Virus record (IMG/VR): IMGVR_UViG_3300019458_000020
Span: 62,001-126,000 of that record
Strand: one strand, 5' to 3'
DNA: 64,000 nucleotides
Shown here: piece by piece, positions 19,437 to 28,435 of the stretch
Layout: every line of letters starts with the position of its first letter
Position numbering within the stretch: position 1 is the stretch's first letter
Translations under genes and position numbers: made by a program
Notes under the pieces: model-generated
Database searches by the model: none
The model's input: the letters and a program-made list of their open reading frames with translations, nothing else
Told to the model about the DNA's origin: nothing

Positions 19437-20159
19437 ATGAGTGTTACAGTAGTAGGTTATGATAATACTAAGTTATTGAATACCACAGTCAGTGGTTCTT
19501 CATTATCTGGTTCTCTAAATATTACTCAATATGACATATTAGGATATCCACAAGGCGGCGGAGGATTCGATTTTGATACTACAATGGTAGCAAATACACC
19601 GCCCGCAACACCAACGGATATATGTTGCATACAAGGTTCTAATTTTTCCACTATTTATGTTACTCGATTAAGATTACATACAACACAAAATACAGGAAGT
19701 ACAACAGCATGGTTCTTAATAAAAAGAAGAACACCGAATGTGGGAGGAACATTATTTTATCTGACTTCATCATTATTAGGAAATAATGAAATGGGTATTC
19801 GAAGAGAAAGTAATGCAAGTAGCCAAAGCTTTGATAATTTAACAGGAAGTTTTTCAATTAACTGTGCTCAACCCCAGGCAACAGTATGGAGATATACAGC
19901 CAACCCATCCACATTAGGCAATGCTGTAGGGATCGTTAGAAATAGATATATGTTTAGTGCTCCGGTAACAGCAGGGAGCGGAAGTGTAACAACTATATGG
20001 GATTTTGACGATTTTCAATCAAATCCTATAGTATTACGAGGAAGTAATGAAAGCCTGTGTCTAAATTTTAATGGTGCAACGTTACCGGCTGGATTGAGTG
20101 TCACGTTTAATATAACGTGGAAAGAACTTCCACCAAATAAAAGTTTTTTCCCTATATAA
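19437..20159 (+). CDS. beta-rich virion protein, cassette 1 gene C
   Basis: IWDFDDFQSNPIVLRG..E.LCLNFNGATLPAG; paralog of the B genes and 21316-21930. Confidence 0.65.
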   Translation: MSVTVVGYDNTKLLNTTVSGSSLSGSLNITQYDILGYPQGGGGFDFDTTMVANTPPATPTDICCIQGSNFSTIYVTRLRLHTTQNTGSTTAWFLIKRRTPNVGGTLFYLTSSLLGNNEMGIRRESNASSQSFDNLTGSFSINCAQPQATVWRYTANPSTLGNAVGIVRNRYMFSAPVTAGSGSVTTIWDFDDFQSNPIVLRGSNESLCLNFNGATLPAGLSVTFNITWKELPPNKSFFPI

Positions 20160-20220
20160 AATCTCTCTTTGATTTTCTCCGAACTATATATCCACAACAA
20201 ACAGGTTATGATATTGCATC

Positions 20221-20255
20221 ATATTAAATTCTGGATAGTGAAAGAATTGAAATAT
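20221..20255 (+). promoter_or_regulatory. conserved RNA hairpin (loop UGGAUAGUGAAA) overlapping a start codon, copy 2
   Basis: AATTC/GAATT stem, extendable with ATATT/AATAT that covers the AT of ATG 20254. Confidence 0.55.
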
Positions 20256-20703
20256 GTCGTTAGAATTCGTTGCTCGAACAGGCATAAAGAGTCTCGGTAA
20301 TGTAACAGTCACCGGATCGGTTTTAGCATACAACTTTACAGGTTCTCTTCAAGGAACATCGAGTTGGTCAATAAATTCGGTATCTGCTTCTCATGCCCAA
20401 ATCTCCGATTTCTCCCTAAATAGCATACCTGTTTATTCTGGGCAAATTGATATACCATTCGACGATTGGAAAACAGAAGACAGCGCTTCTGTCACAGGAC
20501 AGTTAAATTTATCAAGTAGTAGTCATATATTTTGTTCGATTTACGTCGATAATAATGACGATGTTTATTCAGAAGATTGGCAACCGCCTGCGGTAAAAAC
20601 TATTATAACTGGGTCCGGATTTTTAGTATATCTTAGAGCAAAATCAGGTACACACAAAGGACCAGTTAAAATAAATTGGCAATGGAAACATGATACAATA
20701 TAG
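20254..20703 (+). CDS. tail fibre-like protein, cassette 2 gene A
   Basis: MSLEFVARTG; shares W.PP...I..G.GF..Y.R...G.H.G.V...W.W with 18191. Confidence 0.65.
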   Translation: MSLEFVARTGIKSLGNVTVTGSVLAYNFTGSLQGTSSWSINSVSASHAQISDFSLNSIPVYSGQIDIPFDDWKTEDSASVTGQLNLSSSSHIFCSIYVDNNDDVYSEDWQPPAVKTIITGSGFLVYLRAKSGTHKGPVKINWQWKHDTI

Positions 20704-20712
20704 TAATGTGTC

Positions 20713-21312
20713 ATGAGTGTCAAAATTGCCGGTGCAACTTCGAATGTCGAAGCCGAAGTGGATTCGGCATCGCGTGCATTACGTGTCACTCTTTATGATA
20801 TAAATGGTATCGCCGTTGGTCCCCGATATACTTATGATGCGGCTACATTTGCTTTTACTCCCGGTGCAACTCCACAAGATGTATTTACTATATCCGGGTC
20901 AAACACAAAGATAATTAGAATAACAAGAATAAGAATGTCAGGTGTTCAAAACACAGCGGGCATCAATTCTTGGTATTTGTTAAGACGTTCTTCTTTAAAT
21001 ACAGGAGGAATCTCTACAGTGGTGACGGCAGTTTCAAGAGACAGCACTCAACCTTCAGCAACGGCAATAATACGGCAATATACAGCAAATCCTACGGCCG
21101 GAACATCAGTTGGATTAGTTAGGTCGGGGAAGCTTCTAATCCCGGCCGCCAATTCGCTTGCATCTGATAATTTGATTTGGGATTTTGATGACATTCAAAC
21201 GAATCCACTGGTATTAAGTAATGATAATGAACTTATAGCTATAAATTTTAATGGTGTAGCGTTGCCAGCAGGATTATCTATTCATTGTGTAATTACTTGG
21301 ACAGAAGAATAA
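20713..21312 (+). CDS. beta-rich virion protein, cassette 2 gene B
   Basis: MSVKIAGATSNVEAEVD...ITWTEE. Confidence 0.65.
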   Translation: MSVKIAGATSNVEAEVDSASRALRVTLYDINGIAVGPRYTYDAATFAFTPGATPQDVFTISGSNTKIIRITRIRMSGVQNTAGINSWYLLRRSSLNTGGISTVVTAVSRDSTQPSATAIIRQYTANPTAGTSVGLVRSGKLLIPAANSLASDNLIWDFDDIQTNPLVLSNDNELIAINFNGVALPAGLSIHCVITWTEE

Positions 21313-21315
21313 TTT

Positions 21316-21930
21316 ATGAGTGTAAGAATTATAGGCAAAAGCCAATCTGAAGTAGATGTTTTACTGGGTTCGATGAAAATGGTACGTTATAAACCAAAGG
21401 ACAATACCGATCCGGTAAGATACACTTACGATGCAGCAACACCTGCATTTTTACCCGATTCATCTCCAAGAGATATAGTAGTAATAAGAGGATCTTCATC
21501 AAAGATAATAAAGATAACAAGAATAAGACTCACAACGACACAAAATTCAAACGGATTAAATTCTTGGTATCTTTTAAAGAGAAATACTCCAAACGAACTT
21601 GGTTCTGGAGATTTTGTTTATGTCAATCCAATACCGAGAGTATTGGATGGAAGTCAGCCAGGAGCCACGGCAACATTTGGTTATTTTACGGATAATCCAG
21701 CGAGGGATGGTCGATTGGTAGGATTAATTCGTTCTGTAAAACTTAGAAGTCCATCCCTTTCCTCTTTATTGCCAATATCCGAAACAAATGTAATTTGGGA
21801 TTGCGACGATTATCAATCGTCGCCATTAATATTAAGAGGACCATACGAAAGTATAGCGTTGAATTTCAATGGGGCGTCAAGACCGGCAGGCATATCTGTT
21901 CAATCACATTTTACTTGGATAGAAGAATAA
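21316..21930 (+). CDS. beta-rich virion protein, cassette 2 gene C
   Basis: RYTYDAAT...IWDCDDYQSSPLILRG...FTWIEE. Confidence 0.65.
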   Translation: MSVRIIGKSQSEVDVLLGSMKMVRYKPKDNTDPVRYTYDAATPAFLPDSSPRDIVVIRGSSSKIIKITRIRLTTTQNSNGLNSWYLLKRNTPNELGSGDFVYVNPIPRVLDGSQPGATATFGYFTDNPARDGRLVGLIRSVKLRSPSLSSLLPISETNVIWDCDDYQSSPLILRGPYESIALNFNGASRPAGISVQSHFTWIEE

Positions 21931-21932
21931 TA

Positions 21933-22595
21933 TTACTTGAAATGAAGTTTTTCTTCATTCGCTCTATACCACTCCCATACATTTCGTAACACTTCGGAAT
22001 CATTGTATGATTCTATCAATTTAATTACATCATATTCGTCAGCGATTTTTCCTTGTGAAATACCATCCATTATTATTTCGGCTATAACTTCTTCTTCCAA
22101 CCTTGGAGTAAAATTAATGGGATCAACAATGGGTGCTTGGCTACCTATCTTTCCTTCACCGGATTTGTTTATAAAAGATTTAACTCTAGGATTTTCCAAA
22201 GCTTCCTTGAAGGCTTCTGTCCAAGACCGCATAATTAAATTTCCACATTCCGTGACCCGTTTTGGTTCCTTATGAAGTTTTCTGGCCGCCGATACCCAAG
22301 CTCTCTTAGCAGATTCCGTTCGTTTACGAATTCTTTCGTGATAAATACGAGTAGTGTCATTTGGTTTTCGTAACCCCTTTGTTCTAATAGTCGCCCAATA
22401 ATTTACTGGTTTTTCTGTTTCGGTTATGGTAACAGAACAATAAGATTCTCCGACATTATGATGATTGTTTCCAGCATAAGCAAACCAATCATTTCCTTCT
22501 GTCACTCCGTTCCAAGGAACTAATTCGTGGTCACCAGAAGTCAACGACCCTGGAACACTGAATTCATTCAATAGAATTAGAGTTTTTAATTTCAT
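21933..22595 (-). CDS. MKLK-leader hypothetical protein containing an MCP-like DPINFTPR motif
   Basis: Likely start 22595 (MKLKTLILLNE), 3 nt after TATTTATA. Confidence 0.6.
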   Translation of the reverse strand: MKLKTLILLNEFSVPGSLTSGDHELVPWNGVTEGNDWFAYAGNNHHNVGESYCSVTITETEKPVNYWATIRTKGLRKPNDTTRIYHERIRKRTESAKRAWVSAARKLHKEPKRVTECGNLIMRSWTEAFKEALENPRVKSFINKSGEGKIGSQAPIVDPINFTPRLEEEVIAEIIMDGISQGKIADEYDVIKLIESYNDSEVLRNVWEWYRANEEKLHFK

Positions 22596-22616
22596 GTCTA
22601 TAAATATCAATTCGTC

Positions 22617-23006
22617 TTACCTTCCCTCAAACAATTCAACTTCAACATTATCGGTATCGTTAAATAATCCTTTTGCTTCAGACTCTATCGCCAAATTTTT
22701 GATTTCTCTAGCTTGTTTATTGCTAGGCAATTTACCACTATAATAATCAAAATGTAATATTGAGTCTCTATAATAATTGAAAGTTATTCTTATCCACCCT
22801 CTTTTTAATAATACTTGTCCTGGACTTTCTTCATTATCTATCGTCCAGTGTATATTTGATTTTTTAAGATAATCTCTTGCCCAATTAAAATGTCCATATT
22901 GAGGATTATCCGTATAAACTTGATGAAGCTTTCCGTCCGGATCCATCCACCAAGCTTTAAAAAACTGACCCCAAGTTTCTACAACTATGTTTTTTAGCTT
23001 TATCAT
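22617..23006 (-). CDS. MIKLK-leader hypothetical protein
   Basis: MIKLKNIVVE; WWMDPDG...GH...LLKRGWIRI. Confidence 0.6.
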   Translation of the reverse strand: MIKLKNIVVETWGQFFKAWWMDPDGKLHQVYTDNPQYGHFNWARDYLKKSNIHWTIDNEESPGQVLLKRGWIRITFNYYRDSILHFDYYSGKLPSNKQAREIKNLAIESEAKGLFNDTDNVEVELFEGR

Positions 23007-25108
23007 CAGTCAAAATACTCCACATTAAATGTAGGAGTTTTAGTTAATGCGTCTAAAGACTCCGAAATTCTCTGTTTACTGCTATTATCTATTTTCGTTT
23101 TTAGATAATCCTTTAATGCTATAAGATGTTTACACATTCCGGGAATTTCTCTAGGATTTCTAACGGCCGGTCTTCTGTTGATACATTTGTTTAGACTATT
23201 ATTTCCTATCTGACTGGCATCTTGTTTTGCATCGGCATAAGCAAACCTATATTTAAAATCCGGACAACTACAATCGACCTGACAATCTATATCGGCTGCA
23301 TTATCGGTTGTAGATTCTTTAAAGAATTTTATATTTCCCTGATGAGGATTTCCCGTTCGGCTGGGATTTGATTTATATCGGAAGTTCCAACTTTCTTTGT
23401 TATTTTCCGTTGATACAGGCAAACTTCTTGCTCTTACTGTTTTTGCTCGATTTTTTCTTCCATCCTCACTGGAACGAAGAAGGTCATTATAAGACATTCT
23501 TTCTGTAACAGTTTCTTCTTTTTGTAAAGAAGATTCTGCAACATTTCTTCCTAACAAATTCTTTAATTGAATAACGGGCATATTCAATTTATCAGCAACG
23601 ACCGCCAATTTATTCACCGGAAGTTTTAAAATTTTATGTTTTAATTCTGGGTTCAAATGTAATTGTTGAAGGATTCGTAGTTCTTCATCGGAAGTAGTTT
23701 GTTCTTTATCTACTCCAGTTTTAAAGATTTGGTCATAAGTGAAAAATTCTCCATTATGACCACCGACTTCATATAATATTTCTCTCGGGTTAATTCTTGC
23801 GTGTTTTAGTAAAGCGAACAAATCACGTCTATGAAGTTCAATCATTGATAATTTTTCCCAACACGACATTATTAATTGACCACGAACATTAAATACTCTT
23901 CCGTGTATTAATCTTCTCGACTTTATCGGAGGATAATTTGTATAAAAAGTAAATCCCAAGAGGTTTTCTATGTAACCGAGAATATTTCCGTGAGTAGTTA
24001 AATAATCATCAAGAGAAGGAGGGTCATTGTCTAATATTTCTTGATACGTTTTATTATTTGTAATGATTTTACTACGTTCTGGAATGTAACCAAAATAGGT
24101 ATTACGACCTTCGATGTCTGCTAATATAAACACCATTTCTACTTGGTCGCTGTTTTCCCAAATATCAATTGTTACACCATCAAATTCAAATCCATCAGGG
24201 TCTTCGGTTAAACTCTTTTTGACTGGTTTAAAAACCAAAATTTGTTTATCTCTACGAAGTTTTGCAGCAGCAAGTCTATGTCCACCGTCTATAATAGAAC
24301 CCTGATCGTCAATTACAATCGGAGGAAATTGTTTGTCGGATTGTGATAAAGATTGAACTTTAGTATCACTTATTGACCATTCACTATCTTCAATGGAATT
24401 AGGGTCAACAGCAATTAATTGAAAATTACCATCAACTCTATCATCATCTTCAAATTCATCATGTTGAGAGTGTATATAATTCAAAACATCACCATCCTGA
24501 TAAACACCATTCAATTTAAATTTTTTCCAATCAGGTTCACCACGAACAGAATACCCTCCTTTATTCATCATTGGGTAATCTATTTTTTCTACTTCGTTAA
24601 TTTCATCGTCATCAATGATTTCTCCATCCCATTCTCCATGATATATACCTTCGGATAATTCTTTGGTTAATTCTCTCCAATGACCTGTTTTTTCATTAAA
24701 CCATGTATCACCGTTAGAATCATAACGAGTTTTGGTGTCTTCATTATAAACAAAAATTTCTATTGGAACGGTTATTTCGGATTCACTATAAAAATCTCCT
24801 GATGATTGTTGGTCCGGAGTCAAAAGATTAATGTCATATTTAATTCTTAAAATAGGACGATATCTATTTGGATGGTTATTTCTCCATAAAATATTTCCGT
24901 AATAATTTGCAGAACGAAATTTAGAAGCAAGGAATATCTTTCCAAAACTCCATTTACCCAACTCTCCACCCCAATTTGTTTCTTCAGATGGTTGTAGCCC
25001 ATTTTTTTGAATAGAAGGAAGGCGGTCAGCCAATGTGGCATGATAAAAATAATGAATATTTTTATTTTCTTCCAGTATTTCATTAAGAATAGAGGACAAT
25101 TTAATCAT
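23006..25108 (-). CDS. multidomain leader protein: ART-like + ParB/Srx-like + unknown + SWIM Zn finger
   Basis: Likely start 25108 (MIKLSSILNE); FYHATL..IQKNGLQP..KIFLA; FPPIVID..IIDGGHRLAAA; VDCSCPDF...MCKHL. Confidence 0.7.
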   Translation of the reverse strand: MIKLSSILNEILEENKNIHYFYHATLADRLPSIQKNGLQPSEETNWGGELGKWSFGKIFLASKFRSANYYGNILWRNNHPNRYRPILRIKYDINLLTPDQQSSGDFYSESEITVPIEIFVYNEDTKTRYDSNGDTWFNEKTGHWRELTKELSEGIYHGEWDGEIIDDDEINEVEKIDYPMMNKGGYSVRGEPDWKKFKLNGVYQDGDVLNYIHSQHDEFEDDDRVDGNFQLIAVDPNSIEDSEWSISDTKVQSLSQSDKQFPPIVIDDQGSIIDGGHRLAAAKLRRDKQILVFKPVKKSLTEDPDGFEFDGVTIDIWENSDQVEMVFILADIEGRNTYFGYIPERSKIITNNKTYQEILDNDPPSLDDYLTTHGNILGYIENLLGFTFYTNYPPIKSRRLIHGRVFNVRGQLIMSCWEKLSMIELHRRDLFALLKHARINPREILYEVGGHNGEFFTYDQIFKTGVDKEQTTSDEELRILQQLHLNPELKHKILKLPVNKLAVVADKLNMPVIQLKNLLGRNVAESSLQKEETVTERMSYNDLLRSSEDGRKNRAKTVRARSLPVSTENNKESWNFRYKSNPSRTGNPHQGNIKFFKESTTDNAADIDCQVDCSCPDFKYRFAYADAKQDASQIGNNSLNKCINRRPAVRNPREIPGMCKHLIALKDYLKTKIDNSSKQRISESLDALTKTPTFNVEYFD

Positions 25109-25163
25109 ATAATCACACGACAATATGATTATAAATATTAAAAATGATGTCTATTATTATGAT

Positions 25164-25991
25164 TTACTTGCCTATGTAGTATTTATATTCCACAAGTTCA
25201 GAAACCTTATCAACGATGTCTTTCTTATTGCAAGAATACAGCCCACATGAGGAAAAAGCATTATATTCCATGAAGTAGAACATACCATCAACTCCTTGAC
25301 AAATATCGATGGCAAACGCTAAATCAGGGAAGTAACCGTTTTTTAATATTTGTTCGCACAATTCTCTGGCACCAGTGGGAGCAGACGGTATATAGGTTCT
25401 TTGACCTTGATAAATGTAAGTGGAACATCCTATAATTTCTCTCAATTTAGAACAAATGAATCTCCATTCGCCCTGAATGTTCTTGGGTGTCGAAACAACA
25501 ACTAAATCATCATCCTTTACATTAAACTGTGTATTTTGTGTACCACCCCAAACCCTGTCAAAATCTTGAAGGTCAATGGTCTGTCCAGTAAAGGTCTTTA
25601 TTCCATTATCCGGCCGAACAAATATCAAGGCTTCTTTCCCGTATTTTTCATACATTTCCCACTTTCTTTCTCTTAACTGAGACGCAGAAATAATCTCATA
25701 CTTGTCATTAAAAAGATAATCCTTAACAAGAGGGTAAAACTTGGAACACAGATAATTTTCCGGCGTCAATAACACCCAATCAGGATTTTTCTCTTCACGC
25801 AGTTGAATTGCCATCTGTATAGACCCATGAAAGACGCAACAATTATCTTTATGAAATTGGAGACATAACCCTTGACGGAAGGGTTTATAAGTGGTCAAAT
25901 CGAGACACCTTCCAGATTCCTTGATTGCGGATACAAGGTCTTTGGTAAAGGTATCGTCGTTAAAGTCTTCGACTATCCATTTACAGTTCAT
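25164..25991 (-). CDS. ATP-grasp protein (R2K/DUF4343-like)
   Basis: IFVRPD..KTFTG, GEWRF, AIDIC, EYNAFSSCGLY. Confidence 0.75.
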   Translation of the reverse strand: MNCKWIVEDFNDDTFTKDLVSAIKESGRCLDLTTYKPFRQGLCLQFHKDNCCVFHGSIQMAIQLREEKNPDWVLLTPENYLCSKFYPLVKDYLFNDKYEIISASQLRERKWEMYEKYGKEALIFVRPDNGIKTFTGQTIDLQDFDRVWGGTQNTQFNVKDDDLVVVSTPKNIQGEWRFICSKLREIIGCSTYIYQGQRTYIPSAPTGARELCEQILKNGYFPDLAFAIDICQGVDGMFYFMEYNAFSSCGLYSCNKKDIVDKVSELVEYKYYIGK

Positions 25992-25999
25992 AGACAGTC

Positions 26000-26058
26000 A
26001 AGGTAACATGGAATTGGAGGAAAGTCAATCTTGACTTATTATCCAATTGTGTTATATT
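26000..26058. promoter_or_regulatory. back-to-back sigma70-like promoters
   Basis: Minus: TTGACT(26028-23)-17-TACCTT(26005-00) with TGn extension. Plus: TTGACT(26031-36)-16-TATATT(26053-58) with TGn extension. The two -35 boxes form the inverted repeat AGTCAA-TC-TTGACT. Confidence 0.6.
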
Positions 26059-26064
26059 ATGAAG

Positions 26065-26634
26065 ATGAAGAGTGGAGTTTATAAAATTACCAATATAGTC
26101 AATGGGATGTTTTACATTGGCAGTTCGGATGATGTCTATCAGAGATGGAATGAACACAAGAGCAAACTTCGAAGAAACGTTCATCACAATCCAAAACTCC
26201 AACATGCATGGAATTTCTATGGGGGGGATAAATTCACGTTTGAAATCATAGAAGAAACGGTGTATGACGTTGTTTTCATTTTGGAGAGAGAACAACATTA
26301 TCTTGACACATTGAAACCATGTATTCGTGAGATTGGGTATAATTTAGCCGGAAAAGCCGGTGGGGGTGATAATTTCACAAATAATCCACGCAGAGAAGAG
26401 ATAAGACAGAAGCTTAGAGAATTATCGTTGGGACAGAATAATGGAATGTATGGAAGGAAACACACCACTGGTGCTGTAAACAAACAGAAGGAAAAAGCAA
26501 AAGGTAGATATACTCTTGAATGGTTTATAGAACGGAACGGTAAGAGGAAGGGAACAAAGATGTATAAGGAGCGATGTTTGTTCTTGAAGAACCGTAAGAT
26601 AAATTACTCTCACCCAAAAAACAAAAACCCCTGA
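26065..26634 (+). mobile_element. GIY-YIG homing endonuclease
   Basis: MKSGVYKITNIVNGMFYIGSS; HHNPKLQHAWNFYG; NGMYGRKHT (NUMOD3); convergent with the MCP gene. Confidence 0.85.
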
Positions 26635-26653
26635 CCGATTTCTCAGTCAGGGG
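26616..26653 (-). terminator. intrinsic terminator of the MCP transcript
   Basis: CCCCTGAC/GTCAGGGG stem followed on the minus strand by TTTTTGTTTTTT. Confidence 0.75.
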
Positions 26654-26679
26654 GGTGATTATTTAGTATCAGTTACCGA

Positions 26680-28395
26680 TTAGACTTGGTCCAAATCAGC
26701 AATCAACACACGGCCATAAAATTCCGGCCTTACCATCTTCTTGGCATAACGTGTCATTACGCCCCGGCGGGGAGTAAAGTTCACCGGGTCATAGACCAAC
26801 GGCGTTTGCACCAATGGAATATAAGGAGCGTAAACAGCACCAGTTTCGAGGAAGTTATTTCCACGGAAACCGACGAGGATTACGTTATCCGTCATGTATG
26901 GGTTCTTGTAAACTTGGAATCGGGACGCGAACGTTCCGACACGGCTTACACCCATTGCGAACTTGGCTTGGTCGCCATCCGTGCTGACCACGTATCCAGG
27001 GATGGATTCGAGAATCGTAGCAACGTCTGGGGAACAAACGAGGAAGTTAGCACCACCACGAAGAGTCAATTGGTGAATCCTGTTGGATACCTTTTGAATC
27101 TTGTTACCGAGGGTTTGATACCAAGTTGACTTGGTGTAGTAACCACCGGTTCCAGCAGTCGTTTGATCAACAGCTTGGAAGGTACCACCGACACGAACGA
27201 TTTCACGGTTGAGGCGTGCGCTCCAACGTTCAGTCGTTACAGCTGGTGCATTCGTCAATAGCATGTCGAGGATTTCGAGGTCGATTTCCATCGAGACGTA
27301 TTCAGACAATAATGCAGTCAATTCTGCTTCTGCGTCGATGCTGTGGTAAGCATTCAAGTCTTGAGCGAGCTCAGGGGTCCAAGCAGCTTTCAACTTACGA
27401 GTCTTAGCAACGATAGGTTCGCTCTTGAGTTCGAGGTTGACTTCAGGAATACCGATGTCTTTGTTAAGACCAGTATCCGTAGCAGTCGTCGAAGCACCAA
27501 GATTGTCTTCAAAGTCGCCACGAGCATTATCACGAGGTTGTACCGAGTAGGTGATAGCAAGACCACCGACTGAACCTGTCGTTGAGAATGGGTTCGTTGT
27601 GGTCGAGGCCGATACAACGAATACAACTTCCGAACCGTTAACTTTCGTCAAGGCTGGGAACCAGGTTCCAATGCTTGAACCAGAAACGGTGAACGAGCGA
27701 ACACCGTTAAGATCGATTGGATTACCAGCAGCCAACGATGCCGAGTAAAGGTTTGTGGTAGTAATCTTGTAAAGATGACCAGCAGCCAACGATGCCGAAA
27801 TGACTACCATTTCAGGTGAGGCGTTACCAGTATTCCAGTTGATATCTTCGGCCGAAGCAGAAGCTACCGTGCTGGAGACGCTAGGAGCACCCTTGTCGTT
27901 GATAGAATATCCGAAGCGACCAGCGCCATAAAGACCGCCGGTTGCCGAATCAGTAGAACCGAGCTTGGTGCCCGTACCACCGAACAACGAAGAATAGACA
28001 GAACCACCGAGCGAGCCCGTGGTATCTCTCTGGAACAAACCTTGGGTCGTACCATACTTGAAGTCCAAGTAGAATACCAATCCGGAAGGAAGGTTCATAG
28101 GTTGAACGGAGACGAACTCCTTAGCAGCGAATTCTGCGAATACACGACGAACGAGTGGGAGAGCTACGCCTGCCCATTGTTCGCTGTTTGCCGAAGTACC
28201 AGTGTTGGTAACTTCATCAATGAGTTGCTTTGCTTGGTTTTCAAGCAAAACAGCCATGTTCGACTTTTCAATGTCGTTTTTCAATCCATCGAGAAGACCG
28301 GTTTTGTCCCAACGGGTCACAAGACCACGGGTTTCTTGCATCAGTCTAGCTTGTGGATTGAGAGTATTGGTTAACAGTTGTTTAACGTTTTCCAT
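26680..28395 (-). CDS. gp23: major capsid protein (T4 gp23 family)
   Basis: LLENQ, LPLVRRVF, VSVQPMNLPSGLVFYLDF, AKTRKLKAAWTPELAQDLNAYHSIDAEAEL, VYAPYIPL, FTPRRGVMTRY. Confidence 0.97.
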   Translation of the reverse strand: MENVKQLLTNTLNPQARLMQETRGLVTRWDKTGLLDGLKNDIEKSNMAVLLENQAKQLIDEVTNTGTSANSEQWAGVALPLVRRVFAEFAAKEFVSVQPMNLPSGLVFYLDFKYGTTQGLFQRDTTGSLGGSVYSSLFGGTGTKLGSTDSATGGLYGAGRFGYSINDKGAPSVSSTVASASAEDINWNTGNASPEMVVISASLAAGHLYKITTTNLYSASLAAGNPIDLNGVRSFTVSGSSIGTWFPALTKVNGSEVVFVVSASTTTNPFSTTGSVGGLAITYSVQPRDNARGDFEDNLGASTTATDTGLNKDIGIPEVNLELKSEPIVAKTRKLKAAWTPELAQDLNAYHSIDAEAELTALLSEYVSMEIDLEILDMLLTNAPAVTTERWSARLNREIVRVGGTFQAVDQTTAGTGGYYTKSTWYQTLGNKIQKVSNRIHQLTLRGGANFLVCSPDVATILESIPGYVVSTDGDQAKFAMGVSRVGTFASRFQVYKNPYMTDNVILVGFRGNNFLETGAVYAPYIPLVQTPLVYDPVNFTPRRGVMTRYAKKMVRPEFYGRVLIADLDQV

Positions 28396-28435
28396 ATTTT
28401 TATCTCTTTTCTCTTTCAGTTAGTTATACTCGCTA

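Noticed and set aside
18191-21930. Diversity-generating retroelement or invertase shufflon in the repeated fibre genes
   Set aside because: No reverse transcriptase or recombinase in the window; paralogues differ at all base types, not only at adenines.
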